The notes under the pieces: generated by a model | Told to the model about the DNA's origin: nothing | Seen by the model: only the letters and a program-made list of their open reading frames with translations | Databases searched by the model: none | From: Candidatus Eremiobacteria bacterium | Lineage (GTDB): Bacteria > Vulcanimicrobiota > Vulcanimicrobiia > Vulcanimicrobiales > Vulcanimicrobiaceae | DNA: 64,000 nucleotides | Assembly (NCBI GenBank): GCA_963758295.1 | Contig: CAVWUU010000002.1 | Span: forward strand, 230,555 to 294,554 | Direction of reading: 5' to 3' | Shown here: in pieces, positions 39,576 to 49,920 of the stretch | Position numbering within the stretch: position 1 is the stretch's first letter | Layout: each line of letters starts with the position of its first letter | Position numbers and translations under genes: made by a program

Positions 39576-39600
39576 GTTCGGACGAACGAACACCGGGTAT
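39576..39600 (+). promoter_or_regulatory. SigB-type promoter candidate
   Basis: GTTC-N15-GGGTAT upstream of the phosphoesterase gene. Confidence 0.45.
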
Positions 39601-39632
39601 ATGAGCGTTCGGAAGGAAACAACACCAGCGGT

Positions 39633-40982
39633 ATGACGATGAAACGCTTGCTCACTACCGGCTTGCTCGCGCTTGCGGGTTGCGCGATTCCTATAGCCGG
39701 CATTGCACGCCCCATCAACCTAAGCGCTGAAGCGGAACGGCAATACATCGAAAATTTGCATCGTTACGTCAAGCACGTCGTCATCGTCATCCAAGAAAAT
39801 CGCAGCGTCGATAATTTGTTCAACGGATTCCCGGGCGCCGATACCGCGACGCAAGGCATGAGCCATGACGGGCCGGTGACGCTTCGGCCCGTTGACCTCG
39901 GCTATCAAGCAGACGTCGATCATCAGCACAAGGCCTGGGTGCGCGAATATGACGATGGACAAATGGATGGCTGGGATCGCGTTGATACGCTTCCCAAGCA
40001 AGACCCCGATTTTCCATACGCTTACGTCCCACGGGATCAAGTCCCTCAGTACTGGCAGATGGCGCAGCAATACACCTTTGCCGACCGCATGTTCCAGTCG
40101 AACACCGGACCGACGTTTCCGGCGCATCTCTATTTGATTTCCGGGCAGTCCGAGTATACGGCGAACAATCCGAACCATCTGGAAACTACGGAGTTCGCAT
40201 GGGGATGTGACTCCCCAATCGATGCGCGTGTGAGCGTCATAGATGCAGAAGGCGTCGAACAACCTGGTCCATGGCCGTGCCTCAACTTTCCAACTCTGGC
40301 CGACACGGCGCTTTCGCAAGGCGTGACGTGGCGATACTATGCCCCCGGATTGGATAGCCTTGGAAACATTTGGTCGGCCTTTGATGCGATCCGGCACATC
40401 CGCTACTCGCCTGAATGGGGCAATGTCATTTCACCAGAAACCAAGTTTTTAGAAGACGCTAAATCAGGGAACCTGGCCGATATCACCTGGGTTGTTCCAA
40501 GCGCACAAAACTCCGATCATGCGTTTCCGCCGAAGAAGACGACGTCCGACATTTCGGTGCAGAGCATCTACGGGCCGGAGTGGGTAGCATCGGTGGTAAA
40601 CGCAGTTGGACAAGGCCCGCTCTGGAGCAGCACGGCGATCTTCATTGTATGGGACGACTGGGGCGGCTGGTACGACCACGTAAAGCCTCCACAACTCGAT
40701 CGCATGGGGCTCGGATTTCGCGTGCCGTTTATCGTTATTTCGCCCTACGCAAAGCGACACTACGTTTCGCATGTGCAGCATGAGTTCGGCAGCCTTGTGA
40801 AGTTCAATGAACTGACGTTCCGGTTACCATCTCTGCATACGACGGACGAGCGCGCCGACGCATTGCGCGATTGCTTCGACTTCACTCAGAAGCCTAAGAA
40901 GTACGAAGAGTTCCCGACCTTGCGCCAAGCTGCTTTTTTCGAGAATAGCCCAATGGACGCCGAGCCGGATGACGACTACTAG
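39633..40982 (+). CDS. Secreted phospholipase C / acid phosphatase (phosphoesterase family)
   Basis: HVVIVIQENRSVDNLF, GPTFPAH, WDDWGGWYDHV and GFRVPFIVISP. Confidence 0.85.
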   Translation: MTMKRLLTTGLLALAGCAIPIAGIARPINLSAEAERQYIENLHRYVKHVVIVIQENRSVDNLFNGFPGADTATQGMSHDGPVTLRPVDLGYQADVDHQHKAWVREYDDGQMDGWDRVDTLPKQDPDFPYAYVPRDQVPQYWQMAQQYTFADRMFQSNTGPTFPAHLYLISGQSEYTANNPNHLETTEFAWGCDSPIDARVSVIDAEGVEQPGPWPCLNFPTLADTALSQGVTWRYYAPGLDSLGNIWSAFDAIRHIRYSPEWGNVISPETKFLEDAKSGNLADITWVVPSAQNSDHAFPPKKTTSDISVQSIYGPEWVASVVNAVGQGPLWSSTAIFIVWDDWGGWYDHVKPPQLDRMGLGFRVPFIVISPYAKRHYVSHVQHEFGSLVKFNELTFRLPSLHTTDERADALRDCFDFTQKPKKYEEFPTLRQAAFFENSPMDAEPDDDY

Positions 40983-41018
40983 GTTACGGTTACCGGCTTT
41001 GCCGGGCATAGGAGCGGT

Positions 41019-41210
41019 ATGAACAACGACGACGAGCGCAACGTCGATCAGCAGCTCGACGAGCAACAGGCTAAGCTGGAGGAGAACCGGCGCCGACCAC
41101 CCGTAGAGAACCATACGAACAACGCTCGGATCGACCCGCCTCCAGCGGGCGACCCACGAGCAGGGCAACCGCGGGAAGAGTCATCGTCAACGCGGAACCC
41201 CGCCCCCTGA
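41019..41210 (+). CDS. Small hydrophilic hypothetical protein
   Basis: 63-aa ORF preceded by SD AGGAG. Confidence 0.5.
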   Translation: MNNDDERNVDQQLDEQQAKLEENRRRPPVENHTNNARIDPPPAGDPRAGQPREESSSTRNPAP

Positions 41211-41233
41211 TATTCACGTTACGTCGAGGTACC

Positions 41234-41707
41234 ATGAAACGTCTGCTCGGGATTTTGTCTCTCCTGAGCCTGCTCTACGGATGTAGCGACGCGGGCTATT
41301 TGCCCTATGCGCCGCACGCCCTGAATCCGGCTGAAATCCACACGCTCGTGAGCGACGCGTCGCAAACCAACGGCGTGCCGGCCGGACTCGTGCAAGCCGT
41401 GGTCATGGCAGAATCGGCCGGGGATCCCTCGGCGATCAGCGTCGCCGGCGCGCAAGGCCTTATGCAGCTCATGCCCGGAACCTCCGCGCGTTGCGGCGTG
41501 ATCAATGCCTTCGATCCGAACGAAAACGTGCAGTGCGGAAGCGCTTATCTAAAGCAGCTTCTAGATCGCTACCACGGCGACACCACGCTCGCCGTCGCGG
41601 CGTACAACGCCGGTCCGGGTGCCGTAGATAAATATCACGGCATTCCTCCGTACCCCGAAACGCGCGCTTACGTCGCCCGCGTCATTTCGGCGTACCGGAG
41701 TTACTAA
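41234..41707 (+). CDS. Lytic transglycosylase (SLT domain) lipoprotein
   Basis: Lipobox LLYGC, catalytic AES, GLMQLMP, AYNAG and ETRAYV. Confidence 0.9.
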   Translation: MKRLLGILSLLSLLYGCSDAGYLPYAPHALNPAEIHTLVSDASQTNGVPAGLVQAVVMAESAGDPSAISVAGAQGLMQLMPGTSARCGVINAFDPNENVQCGSAYLKQLLDRYHGDTTLAVAAYNAGPGAVDKYHGIPPYPETRAYVARVISAYRSY

Positions 41708-41724
41708 GCGTAGCGCCGGAACGC

Positions 41725-42879
41725 ATGGCGACGTATAGCGAACGTCAGCCGGTCCCTCGTGTCTCGGCGTGGGGATGGCGCCCGCCGATTCTGGATTTCT
41801 ATCTCGGCCGCGAGATGGTCGGGCCGTTTCTTTTTGCGTTTCTAGCCTTTCTGTTGTTCTGGGGCCTGAATATTTTCTTCTTGGCCGCAGACTACATCAT
41901 CAATCAGCACGCGCCGTTCTTCTTGGCGCTGCGATTCGTGATCTTCCGGATTCCGCAGGCTATTCCGATGGCGTTTCCGTTCGCCTCACTCTTTGCGGCA
42001 TTGCTCGCAATGGGGCGCGTGATGGGCGACAACGAGATCACGGCGATGCGTACCTCGGGGATCACGGTCTGGCGAATCGCCGTAACACCGTTACTCTTCG
42101 GCTTCCTGATGTTCGTTATTGCGTACGCCATGAACGAATACGTTGCGCCATGGTCGGTCGACGTCTCGACTCGCACGTTCTATCAAATCATTTATCACAC
42201 CGACGCGCTGCCGGTTGAACCGCAATTTTTCCGGAAAGATCCCGACACCGGGAACGTCTTTTACGTAACGCAGGTCGCGCCGGACAATAAAACGATGCAA
42301 GGGGTCCAGATATTCAAACCGGCGCGGTTCGGGCCTTGGACCGAAACGCTGCAAGCGAAGACGGCGACCGTGAACAATAGCGCGCTTACGCTGCACGACG
42401 TGATCGATACGCGCTATAACGCGGAAGGGTTCATGACAAGTCAGCAGCGCGTGGCCGACGTGACGATCGGCTTGCCGCTCGCGGAAACCGCCGCGTCGTT
42501 CATGAGCAACGTCAACTCCGACCCATGGACCATGTCCAGCAAATCGCTCTCAACGGCGGTGAAGGCCGATCAAGCGCAAGGCATTGGCGGGAGCGCACTC
42601 GGCGGGCTTCAGATCAGCCTCGCGAACAAGCTTGCTTGGCCCTTTGCCTGCTTCATCGGCGTGCTGCTTGCGTTTCCGCTGGCGCTGCGCTTTGGAAAAC
42701 GTGGCCGCACCCTCGGCATTGCCATGGCAATCCTAGCATTCTTTGCTTATTACTTAATGACGTCGGCTGCGGCGGCGTTCGGCCGCAACGGCGCGATCAA
42801 TCCGTACTTGGCCGCCTGGCTTCCCAACATCATCATGGGGACCGCGGGGCTGCTTCTGCTCTGGTTGGAAGAACACTAA
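41725..42879 (+). CDS. LptF/LptG family permease
   Basis: LDFYLGRE, DNEITAMRTSG, a periplasmic beta domain and AAWLPN. Confidence 0.85.
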   Translation: MATYSERQPVPRVSAWGWRPPILDFYLGREMVGPFLFAFLAFLLFWGLNIFFLAADYIINQHAPFFLALRFVIFRIPQAIPMAFPFASLFAALLAMGRVMGDNEITAMRTSGITVWRIAVTPLLFGFLMFVIAYAMNEYVAPWSVDVSTRTFYQIIYHTDALPVEPQFFRKDPDTGNVFYVTQVAPDNKTMQGVQIFKPARFGPWTETLQAKTATVNNSALTLHDVIDTRYNAEGFMTSQQRVADVTIGLPLAETAASFMSNVNSDPWTMSSKSLSTAVKADQAQGIGGSALGGLQISLANKLAWPFACFIGVLLAFPLALRFGKRGRTLGIAMAILAFFAYYLMTSAAAAFGRNGAINPYLAAWLPNIIMGTAGLLLLWLEEH

Positions 42880-42883
42880 TCGC

Positions 42884-45376
42884 GTGAACCTTGGACGACT
42901 GAACCATCGCGCATGTGCCGCGATCGCCTGCCTTGTTGCGTTCTCCGGCGGCCTCGTACCGGCTTCGGCGGCACAGCCCGTGCAGAGCGACGATGCTCGC
43001 GCCATGGCTTTGTTGAACGGCCAAACGTGCGCCCAGATCGAGGCGAAGCGCTTACGACCGGATGGTGGCGCAAACCACGCCTCCGCCGGTCATCGTCCCG
43101 CCCACCACCTCCCGGCGCCCGGCACGAGTCCAACGCCGCTCGCAACGCCCACGTTCGGGGCGTTTCCGAATTCGACGACGACGCTCTATGCGACGCCGCG
43201 CCCCGCAGGCAGCCCGCTCGAAACGCCGCTTCCGGTTCCGACGGCGACGGCGGCTACGTACGATGAAAACGCGCCCGTATTCGTGCAACGGGGCGGCGAG
43301 ACACCGCCGCCCGTCACGCCCGCGGGTCAGGAGCCGCCGTCGCCGACGCCTGAGCCGACCGGCGTTCCAACGTTGCCGCCCAACCACATCGCTATCCTTG
43401 CCGACAGCGTTTCCGGCAACACCACTCAAGGCCAGCCGGGCGACGCCGACGGCAACGTACACATTCTCTATCAACAGGAAGAGATCGTCGGCGATCACGC
43501 CCACTACGACGGCTTGCGCACCGTAACGGTCGAAGGACATCCGTTCATCATCGATCACGCCCGCAACTCGATCTTGCAAGGCGATCAAATCTTGTTCGAC
43601 ACGATCGATCAAACGGCGAAGATCATCAACGGCAAGGGCACCAGCGCGCAGGGGCTCGAGCGTGGGCTCGTGCACTTCCAAGCCAAAGATCTACACACCG
43701 ATGCCGACGGCATCGGTCACGGGCAAGCGCCGTACCTCACGACGTGCGAAAATCCGCGCGGCGGCTATCACATGACCGGAAAGAACATGGACGTCTATCC
43801 GGGCGATAAGATCGTCATTTACAAGGCGATTCTGTGGCTCGGCGCGGCAGCTATTTTCTTTCTTCCGAAAGTCGTCATTCCGCTTCGCAGCGTCGAGAAC
43901 GAATCGCAGCGCCCAAAATATTTTCCGGACGTCGGATACGATCAATACGAAGGGTACTGGATCAAAACACGCGTTACGTTCGGCAAGGATCAGTACTACT
44001 ACGGGTACTACCGCCTAAATTATTTCACGAAAGTCGGCCTTGGGCTTGGCTACGTCGGCTTTTATCAAAAGAAGAACGGACGCCGCAGCGCGAGCGCCGA
44101 CGTCTACGGCATCCACGACCGCCGGACGCAGTCCTCGACGTATACGCTCTCGCTGCAAGAGATCGAAAATTTCTCGCAGGCGCTGCGCGGAAATTTCGCC
44201 TACAACTATCAGTCCAACTACGGCCCGTTCACGAATCTGCCGCCGAACACGAGCTTCACGAGTACGATCGCGCACCAGTCCTTGCACACGTCGCAAAATT
44301 ATGGCTTCAGCCGCAGTTCCGTCGGCTCGCAATCGAGCAGCAACACGTTCTCGTTCACCGATAACCGGCAGCTCACGACGGCGCTGAGCCAAGCCGTGAA
44401 CTTCAACTTGTCGAGCAGCCAGTCGAGTTACGGCGGCATCGGCTCGTCGAACTCCACGGCTACGTTCAACTCGCTGACTCATTTGACGACGTCCGGCGCG
44501 GACTATCAAATGACAATCGACAAGACCTTCGCGCAAACGCCGTACGGCATCAATAAACTTCCCGAATTCCAAGTGCGGCCGACGCAGTTCTTCCAGCACT
44601 TCATCATGCCGCTCTCGGCGCAATTTACCGCCGGCGAATACAGCGAACCGTCGAACGCCTTTTCGACCACGCGCGCCGACATGGCGTTCGTGCTCGGTCC
44701 GGAGATCGCGAAGGTTTTCGGCAGCGACTTCCAAGGCACCGTAAACGTCAATCAATACTACTACGGTACGGGCGATGAAAAAGCGTCGATCCAGCAAATC
44801 CTGAACCTGACGACGCCGGTTGGAAATCACGTCGTCAACACGATTTCCTACAACGAATCCAACTACAACGGCCCCGCGTTCGTGCCGTTCCAGTTCCTCG
44901 ATCAACAACCGAATCAAAATCTGAAGAACGCGCAAGATCTCGTGCGGCTCTTCAACGGCGACGTCTATACTGCGTCGCTCGGCTTCTCAACGAATTTCGA
45001 TCGCATGGCGCAACCGGTGAGCTACCAGCTCACAATGCGTCCGTCGGCACGTTCCATTCTGTTGCTCGGCGGCTCGTTCGTTCCCGGAGCCGGACAAGGC
45101 TTCTACACGACGAACGCGCAGGTCGGCATCCCGTTCGGTAAAGACGCATCCCTGCAAATGGTGACGGACATCGACTGGAAAAGCAAAGGCCGCCTCGAGA
45201 ACAAAGTGCTCTACTACACGAAGACGATCGGCGATTGCTATCAAGTGCAAGCACTCTACAATCAAGCCGAAAAACTCGTCACCGTCTCCATCAACCTCTT
45301 AGCGTTCCCCTCACGCTCCGCAACTTTCGCCGTTGGACAAAGCGGCCCACTCGTTCCCACCACTTTCAACTTCTAG
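42884..45376 (+). CDS. lptD: LptD-like LPS assembly outer membrane protein
   Basis: Signal peptide, Pro-rich linker, OstA-like beta-jellyroll, YLTTC..YH, a beta-rich C-terminus ending in F, and position next to lptF/G. Confidence 0.7.
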   Translation: MNLGRLNHRACAAIACLVAFSGGLVPASAAQPVQSDDARAMALLNGQTCAQIEAKRLRPDGGANHASAGHRPAHHLPAPGTSPTPLATPTFGAFPNSTTTLYATPRPAGSPLETPLPVPTATAATYDENAPVFVQRGGETPPPVTPAGQEPPSPTPEPTGVPTLPPNHIAILADSVSGNTTQGQPGDADGNVHILYQQEEIVGDHAHYDGLRTVTVEGHPFIIDHARNSILQGDQILFDTIDQTAKIINGKGTSAQGLERGLVHFQAKDLHTDADGIGHGQAPYLTTCENPRGGYHMTGKNMDVYPGDKIVIYKAILWLGAAAIFFLPKVVIPLRSVENESQRPKYFPDVGYDQYEGYWIKTRVTFGKDQYYYGYYRLNYFTKVGLGLGYVGFYQKKNGRRSASADVYGIHDRRTQSSTYTLSLQEIENFSQALRGNFAYNYQSNYGPFTNLPPNTSFTSTIAHQSLHTSQNYGFSRSSVGSQSSSNTFSFTDNRQLTTALSQAVNFNLSSSQSSYGGIGSSNSTATFNSLTHLTTSGADYQMTIDKTFAQTPYGINKLPEFQVRPTQFFQHFIMPLSAQFTAGEYSEPSNAFSTTRADMAFVLGPEIAKVFGSDFQGTVNVNQYYYGTGDEKASIQQILNLTTPVGNHVVNTISYNESNYNGPAFVPFQFLDQQPNQNLKNAQDLVRLFNGDVYTASLGFSTNFDRMAQPVSYQLTMRPSARSILLLGGSFVPGAGQGFYTTNAQVGIPFGKDASLQMVTDIDWKSKGRLENKVLYYTKTIGDCYQVQALYNQAEKLVTVSINLLAFPSRSATFAVGQSGPLVPTTFNF

Positions 45377-45539
45377 CCCAGTCGATCGCTACAGTAGCGG
45401 CGCAATGAAAGCGGGTGGGGTATTGGCCTGGGTCGCCGCCCGAGAACGCACATCGTGTGCGTTCTCTGCTCGCGCCACTTTTGCGCCAACCATTTTGGCG
45501 CATCGTGCGCGTTGGCGCAAAAGCTGGAGCGAGCGGAAG

Positions 45540-45725
45540 TTACTGGGGCTCGTCGCAGGGTGGGTGGGCGCAGGCACAGGCTTCGCCTTCGATGCCGCCC
45601 TGGTCGGCATTTTGACAGCTGTCGCTGCAGTAAACGGCGCCGGCGGTTGGACCCATTAGCGTACAGCGGCAAATGTCGTGCGCGCAGCCGGTTAGTTCCT
45701 GAGTATCGGTAACGTCGCTGATCAT
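45540..45725 (-). CDS. Bacterial metallothionein-like protein
   Basis: 61 aa with CAHDICRC..YCSDSC..CACAHPPC (8 Cys, 2 His). Confidence 0.7.
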   Translation of the reverse strand: MISDVTDTQELTGCAHDICRCTLMGPTAGAVYCSDSCQNADQGGIEGEACACAHPPCDEPQ

Positions 45726-45739
45726 AGGGCGTTCTTACC

Positions 45740-47077
45740 CTACTCCGGCTTGGTCGCATCCTCGCGTTGCGCTAGTGCGGATCGGAGAACGTCGAGCGCT
45801 CGGGTCAGCTGCGCGTCTTTCCCGGGCGTGCCGAAAACCGCATGATTGTTTTCGTCTACGACGACATTTGGAATGATTCCGTGGCCGTTGATGTCGTGGT
45901 GCAGCGGCGTGTAATAACGGCCCGTGGTGATTTTGATTGCGGAGCCGTCGGGGAATTTCGTAACGCTTTGCACGACGCCTTTGCCGAAGGTTTTCGTCCC
46001 GATGAGTACGCCGGTTCCGGATTCTTGCAACGCAGCGGCCGTGATTTCGGAAGCAGATGCGCTATAGCCGTTGACGAGGACGGCGAGGGGTTTGGGATCG
46101 ATGGCCGTGTTGTCGGCTTCGAACGTATCGATTTCACCGCCGTTCGATTCGATCGAAACGATTGGACCGCTCATGATGAATTGCGAAGAAACGGAAAGCG
46201 CCGTGCCGACGCGCCCGCCACCGTCGTTGCGCAGATCGAGCACATAGGCTTTAGCGCCGGCCGTTTCGCTGCGGGAGATGGCGGTGCGAAATTCTTTCGG
46301 CGTTGCATCACCGAACGCGGCAATGTATACATAGGCGACGTTATTCGGAAGCATCGTGAAATAGACGGTGGGCGGCTGCACTTCGGCACGCGTCAGCGTT
46401 AGATCGCGTGCACCGTCGCCGCCGCTTTGCACCGTCACATGCACGGCCGTGCCGCTCTTCCCAAGCAGATACTTTCGTCCGTCGGGGACCGTAAATCCGT
46501 GGGTTGAGTGGCCGTTAATCGTCTTGATGTCGTCGCCGCTCTTCATGCCCGCGCGATCGGCCGGGGTATCGGGAACGACGAAGAACGCCCGCAGATACTT
46601 CGTCGACGGATCCGAATCCATCAGCACGCCGATGCCCGAGAGCTTTGTCGGGTCGAGAATCTCGTCGAACGCCCGATACTCTTTCTTTGTAAAATAGGTC
46701 GTGTAGCGATCGTGCGCGGCCGCCGTCATTGCCTTAACGGCGATCGCCACGGCATTATCGGGAGAGACCTTCCCGGTGGCCAACGCGGCATCGACCTCGC
46801 GCGAGGCGGCATCACCGGCTGACTTGGCGTCGACGCCGTCGGGAACTGCGGGCAGCGTCGCCGTGGGATCGCCGTGGGCGTGAACGTATGCGGTAAGGGC
46901 ATCGCGCTCGCTCGAAATCATCTGCTCCGGCGTCAGCTTGCGATAGAACGTCGTCAAAAGCAGCGACGCACTCTGGCGCACGACGTACTGTTGGGACGGC
47001 GCGGTTTCGAGGGGGGCGGCAATTGCTGAACCACCCGCAGTCAAAAGGGCGAGGATACAAAATGCGGCGCGTACCAT
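45740..47077 (-). CDS. ctpA: S41 C-terminal processing protease with PDZ domain
   Basis: GIGV (PDZ), LDLRNDGGG, SASASE, TFGKG and GIIP. Confidence 0.9.
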   Translation of the reverse strand: MVRAAFCILALLTAGGSAIAAPLETAPSQQYVVRQSASLLLTTFYRKLTPEQMISSERDALTAYVHAHGDPTATLPAVPDGVDAKSAGDAASREVDAALATGKVSPDNAVAIAVKAMTAAAHDRYTTYFTKKEYRAFDEILDPTKLSGIGVLMDSDPSTKYLRAFFVVPDTPADRAGMKSGDDIKTINGHSTHGFTVPDGRKYLLGKSGTAVHVTVQSGGDGARDLTLTRAEVQPPTVYFTMLPNNVAYVYIAAFGDATPKEFRTAISRSETAGAKAYVLDLRNDGGGRVGTALSVSSQFIMSGPIVSIESNGGEIDTFEADNTAIDPKPLAVLVNGYSASASEITAAALQESGTGVLIGTKTFGKGVVQSVTKFPDGSAIKITTGRYYTPLHHDINGHGIIPNVVVDENNHAVFGTPGKDAQLTRALDVLRSALAQREDATKPE

Positions 47078-47148
47078 GGGGTGATTGTACGCTACGGCGC
47101 TGAGCCGCGCTATCAAACGCGGCTCAACGTGAAGTCAAAGCGCGGGCT

Positions 47149-47850
47149 TTACGGATTGTTCGCGATCTCGCCGCCCTGAATGTTATCCGGCCCTTGGTCG
47201 CTCGGATGATTTCCCGCCATAACCGTGATCGTCGTATCAAATTGCGTCGTCATATCGAGCGACGGCGAGCTGTACGTCGTATCGTTCGGACCGCCAGAGC
47301 CCAACGAATCGACGGGGATCAAACTTGTCAAACTCCCCGAGGCGACAAAGAAATTGAAGTTCCAATTCGGCGCGGGCGGGGGCGGCGTCGCACCGGTGGG
47401 GGGCGTGATGCCGAAAAATAGGGTGCGATCGATGATGACGGTGAACTCGGTGCCCTGCCCGTTCGTATTCGGGTAGAACTGAATCTGTTGTTGCGTGGCC
47501 GGAATTTGCAGAAGCTGCGGCACCGTGTATCCCGGCTGACGGTAATACTGGAACATCTGCGCCGTGGCCGAACCGGTCGTTCCCGTAACGAGAATCGCGA
47601 AGTAGTAGCCGGCATACGCGGTCTGGGTACCGTTGGCGCGCGGCGTCACCCCGTTGCCGGAAGTGTTCAGGACCACCATATAGGAGTAATTTTGGAAGTT
47701 GAACGGCTGCACTACGCGGAACTTGACGCTCATATAGCCGGGCGGAAGTCCGGAACCGTTGGTGCCCGGGCGATCGGGCGTCACCTGGTGTCCGCACGCT
47801 GAAACGATGAGCGCCAATACAAGAACTACGAATCCAGATCTGCGAATCAT
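47149..47850 (-). CDS. Hypothetical lipoprotein
   Basis: Lipobox LIVSAC and SD GAGGAG. Confidence 0.7.
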   Translation of the reverse strand: MIRRSGFVVLVLALIVSACGHQVTPDRPGTNGSGLPPGYMSVKFRVVQPFNFQNYSYMVVLNTSGNGVTPRANGTQTAYAGYYFAILVTGTTGSATAQMFQYYRQPGYTVPQLLQIPATQQQIQFYPNTNGQGTEFTVIIDRTLFFGITPPTGATPPPPAPNWNFNFFVASGSLTSLIPVDSLGSGGPNDTTYSSPSLDMTTQFDTTITVMAGNHPSDQGPDNIQGGEIANNP

Positions 47851-49342
47851 GCTCTCCTCAACCCGCTTGCGCGGCTTAACCGCCGTTGCGGGAGCGGCGG
47901 TATTGCTTGCCCTAGCTTTCCCGCGCGCCGGTGCAGCTTGGCTTGCGCCGTTGGGCGCCGCCGGGCTGTTCTGGGCTTGGGAAACACCATCCTGGAAACG
48001 CGCTTTTGCTTATGGATGGTTCGCCGGCTGGGTCTTTTTCACCATCAGCTTCTGGTGGTGGAGCAACACGATCAAAGACGACGTCGGGGTTTTCGCCTAC
48101 GTGGCAGTCATGGCCGGCGCCGCGATCGAGGCGCTGGCAATTGGCGCAACGGGCGTGCTTGCCGCGATCGCGCGTCGCCGCGTACCCGCCGCTATTTTTC
48201 CCCTCGCCGTTGCATGCGCGTTCACTGCGACGGAATGGCTGCGGTCGATCGGGCCGATCGGCGTACCGTTTGGACAACTCGGTACGACGCAAGCCGGCAC
48301 GCCGCTCAAAGTGCTGGCCGCGTACATCGGCACGAGCGGTGTTACGCTCGCGATTTGCATCCTCGGATTCTACCTGATGGATTCGCTCATGCGAAGGACG
48401 TGGCGCCGATTTGCTATCGCGGTCGTTGTCCTTTTCGTTGTGACGGGCGCAGCGTGGCTATTTTGGCCGGCGCGACATGTTCCGCCGCCCTCGATTCCGG
48501 TCGCGGCAGTTCAAGGCAACATCACGCAAACGCTCAAGTGGCAGCCCGGCATGGCACAAAAGGCTGCCGCGCTCTACACGCAAATGACGATGCAGGCTGC
48601 GCAACAGAAGCCGCAGCCGAAGTTGATCGTATGGCCGGAAACGGTCATTCCGCTCGCACTGAACACGGATCCAAAGCTCGTCGCACAATTCACGCAGCTC
48701 GCAAAGATGGCCAATGCCACGGTCGTTGTGGGCAGCGTTCAAGTAACGAACAAAAGTACGTATAACACGCTCTTCTTCTTTACGCCGAACGGCTTGCAGT
48801 CGACGTACGACAAGCGGCAGCTGGTGCCGTTCGCCGAAGATTTTCCAGGTAAGGCGTTTCTTTGGTGGCTTCCGTACATCGGACAACTCAACGGTGCGTT
48901 TTCTGAAGGCGCCGCTGACGGCGTCTACCCTACGACCGCCGGATTATCGGTAGCACCGCTCATTTGTTGGGAATCGGCGTTCGGCGATCTCGCGTACCGG
49001 CAAATTCGAAGCGGGGCTCAGGTGCTGCTCGTAACGACCGACGATGCGTGGTTCGGAACAACATCCGGGCCGTATCAACACGCGCAAATCGCCCAGATGC
49101 GAGCGATAGAATCCGGTGAGTACGTCGTACGCGCAGCGGCAACGGGAATCAGCGGCGTGATTGCGCCCGATGGCCGGTGGACGTCTTATGCCGGTCTCGA
49201 ACAACAGACGGTCGTTGCGGGCGAGATCGGGCCGCCCGTTGGTTCTGTTTTTGCGCACATCGGCCCAAACGTGATTTTCGGCGGGATCGCTTTGGTATAT
49301 ATCATTCTTGTAGCGTATCCATGGAGGCGGCGTGCGTACTAG
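47849..49342 (+). CDS. lnt: Apolipoprotein N-acyltransferase
   Basis: TM region, VQGNI, WPET, YDKRQLVPFAE, ICWE and DDAWFG (E-K-C triad). Exact start uncertain. Confidence 0.9.
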   Translation: MLSSTRLRGLTAVAGAAVLLALAFPRAGAAWLAPLGAAGLFWAWETPSWKRAFAYGWFAGWVFFTISFWWWSNTIKDDVGVFAYVAVMAGAAIEALAIGATGVLAAIARRRVPAAIFPLAVACAFTATEWLRSIGPIGVPFGQLGTTQAGTPLKVLAAYIGTSGVTLAICILGFYLMDSLMRRTWRRFAIAVVVLFVVTGAAWLFWPARHVPPPSIPVAAVQGNITQTLKWQPGMAQKAAALYTQMTMQAAQQKPQPKLIVWPETVIPLALNTDPKLVAQFTQLAKMANATVVVGSVQVTNKSTYNTLFFFTPNGLQSTYDKRQLVPFAEDFPGKAFLWWLPYIGQLNGAFSEGAADGVYPTTAGLSVAPLICWESAFGDLAYRQIRSGAQVLLVTTDDAWFGTTSGPYQHAQIAQMRAIESGEYVVRAAATGISGVIAPDGRWTSYAGLEQQTVVAGEIGPPVGSVFAHIGPNVIFGGIALVYIILVAYPWRRRAY

Positions 49343-49889
49343 GTTCGGCTGGAAACACTTGGCGTGGATTGCGGGCATCGCACTCGCGGTCTGGGTCGTA
49401 GTCGAAGTCGTGATCGCCGGACACGACTTGCCGAACATCCCCACCGCTTCGCAGTCGATCGATTTGCGCGGCGGCCACGTAACCGGGAATCGCATCACCA
49501 CGAAATCCTGGACGTTCGATTACCAACACGCACAGCTTTCGCCCGACGGAAGCGTCGGCACGGTTGACGGCGTGCGCAACGGCATCGTGTTCCGAAAAGG
49601 AAAGCCCTATCTCCGTATTGCGGCTGAACACATCAGCATCAACACGCAGACGCTTGACTTCACGGCGCTCGGGAAGGTTCACGTCGAACGGATCGGCGAC
49701 TCACAGCAACGTTCGTTCGATACCGATCTCGTGGTCTGGACGAATATGGCGAAATTGCTGCGTATGGATCACCCGAGTTATTTGCACACCGGCGATCAAA
49801 CGCTGAAGCTCGAGACCATTTCTATCGATTTCGGCACCGAACAGGTGCATTTAGGAAAAATCGACGGCGCAGCGATCATTCAACGCTAA
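49332..49889 (+). CDS. LptC-like periplasmic protein
   Basis: Single N-terminal TM and a beta-jellyroll-like repeat pattern. Confidence 0.55.
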   Translation: MRTRFGWKHLAWIAGIALAVWVVVEVVIAGHDLPNIPTASQSIDLRGGHVTGNRITTKSWTFDYQHAQLSPDGSVGTVDGVRNGIVFRKGKPYLRIAAEHISINTQTLDFTALGKVHVERIGDSQQRSFDTDLVVWTNMAKLLRMDHPSYLHTGDQTLKLETISIDFGTEQVHLGKIDGAAIIQR

Positions 49890-49920
49890 ATCGCTTGCTC
49901 GCTCGGCCGATAATCGGGAC

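Noticed and set aside
47848..47851. Divergent genes sharing a CATG start
   Set aside because: The lnt start is uncertain and could be a downstream TTG, so the overlap cannot be supported.
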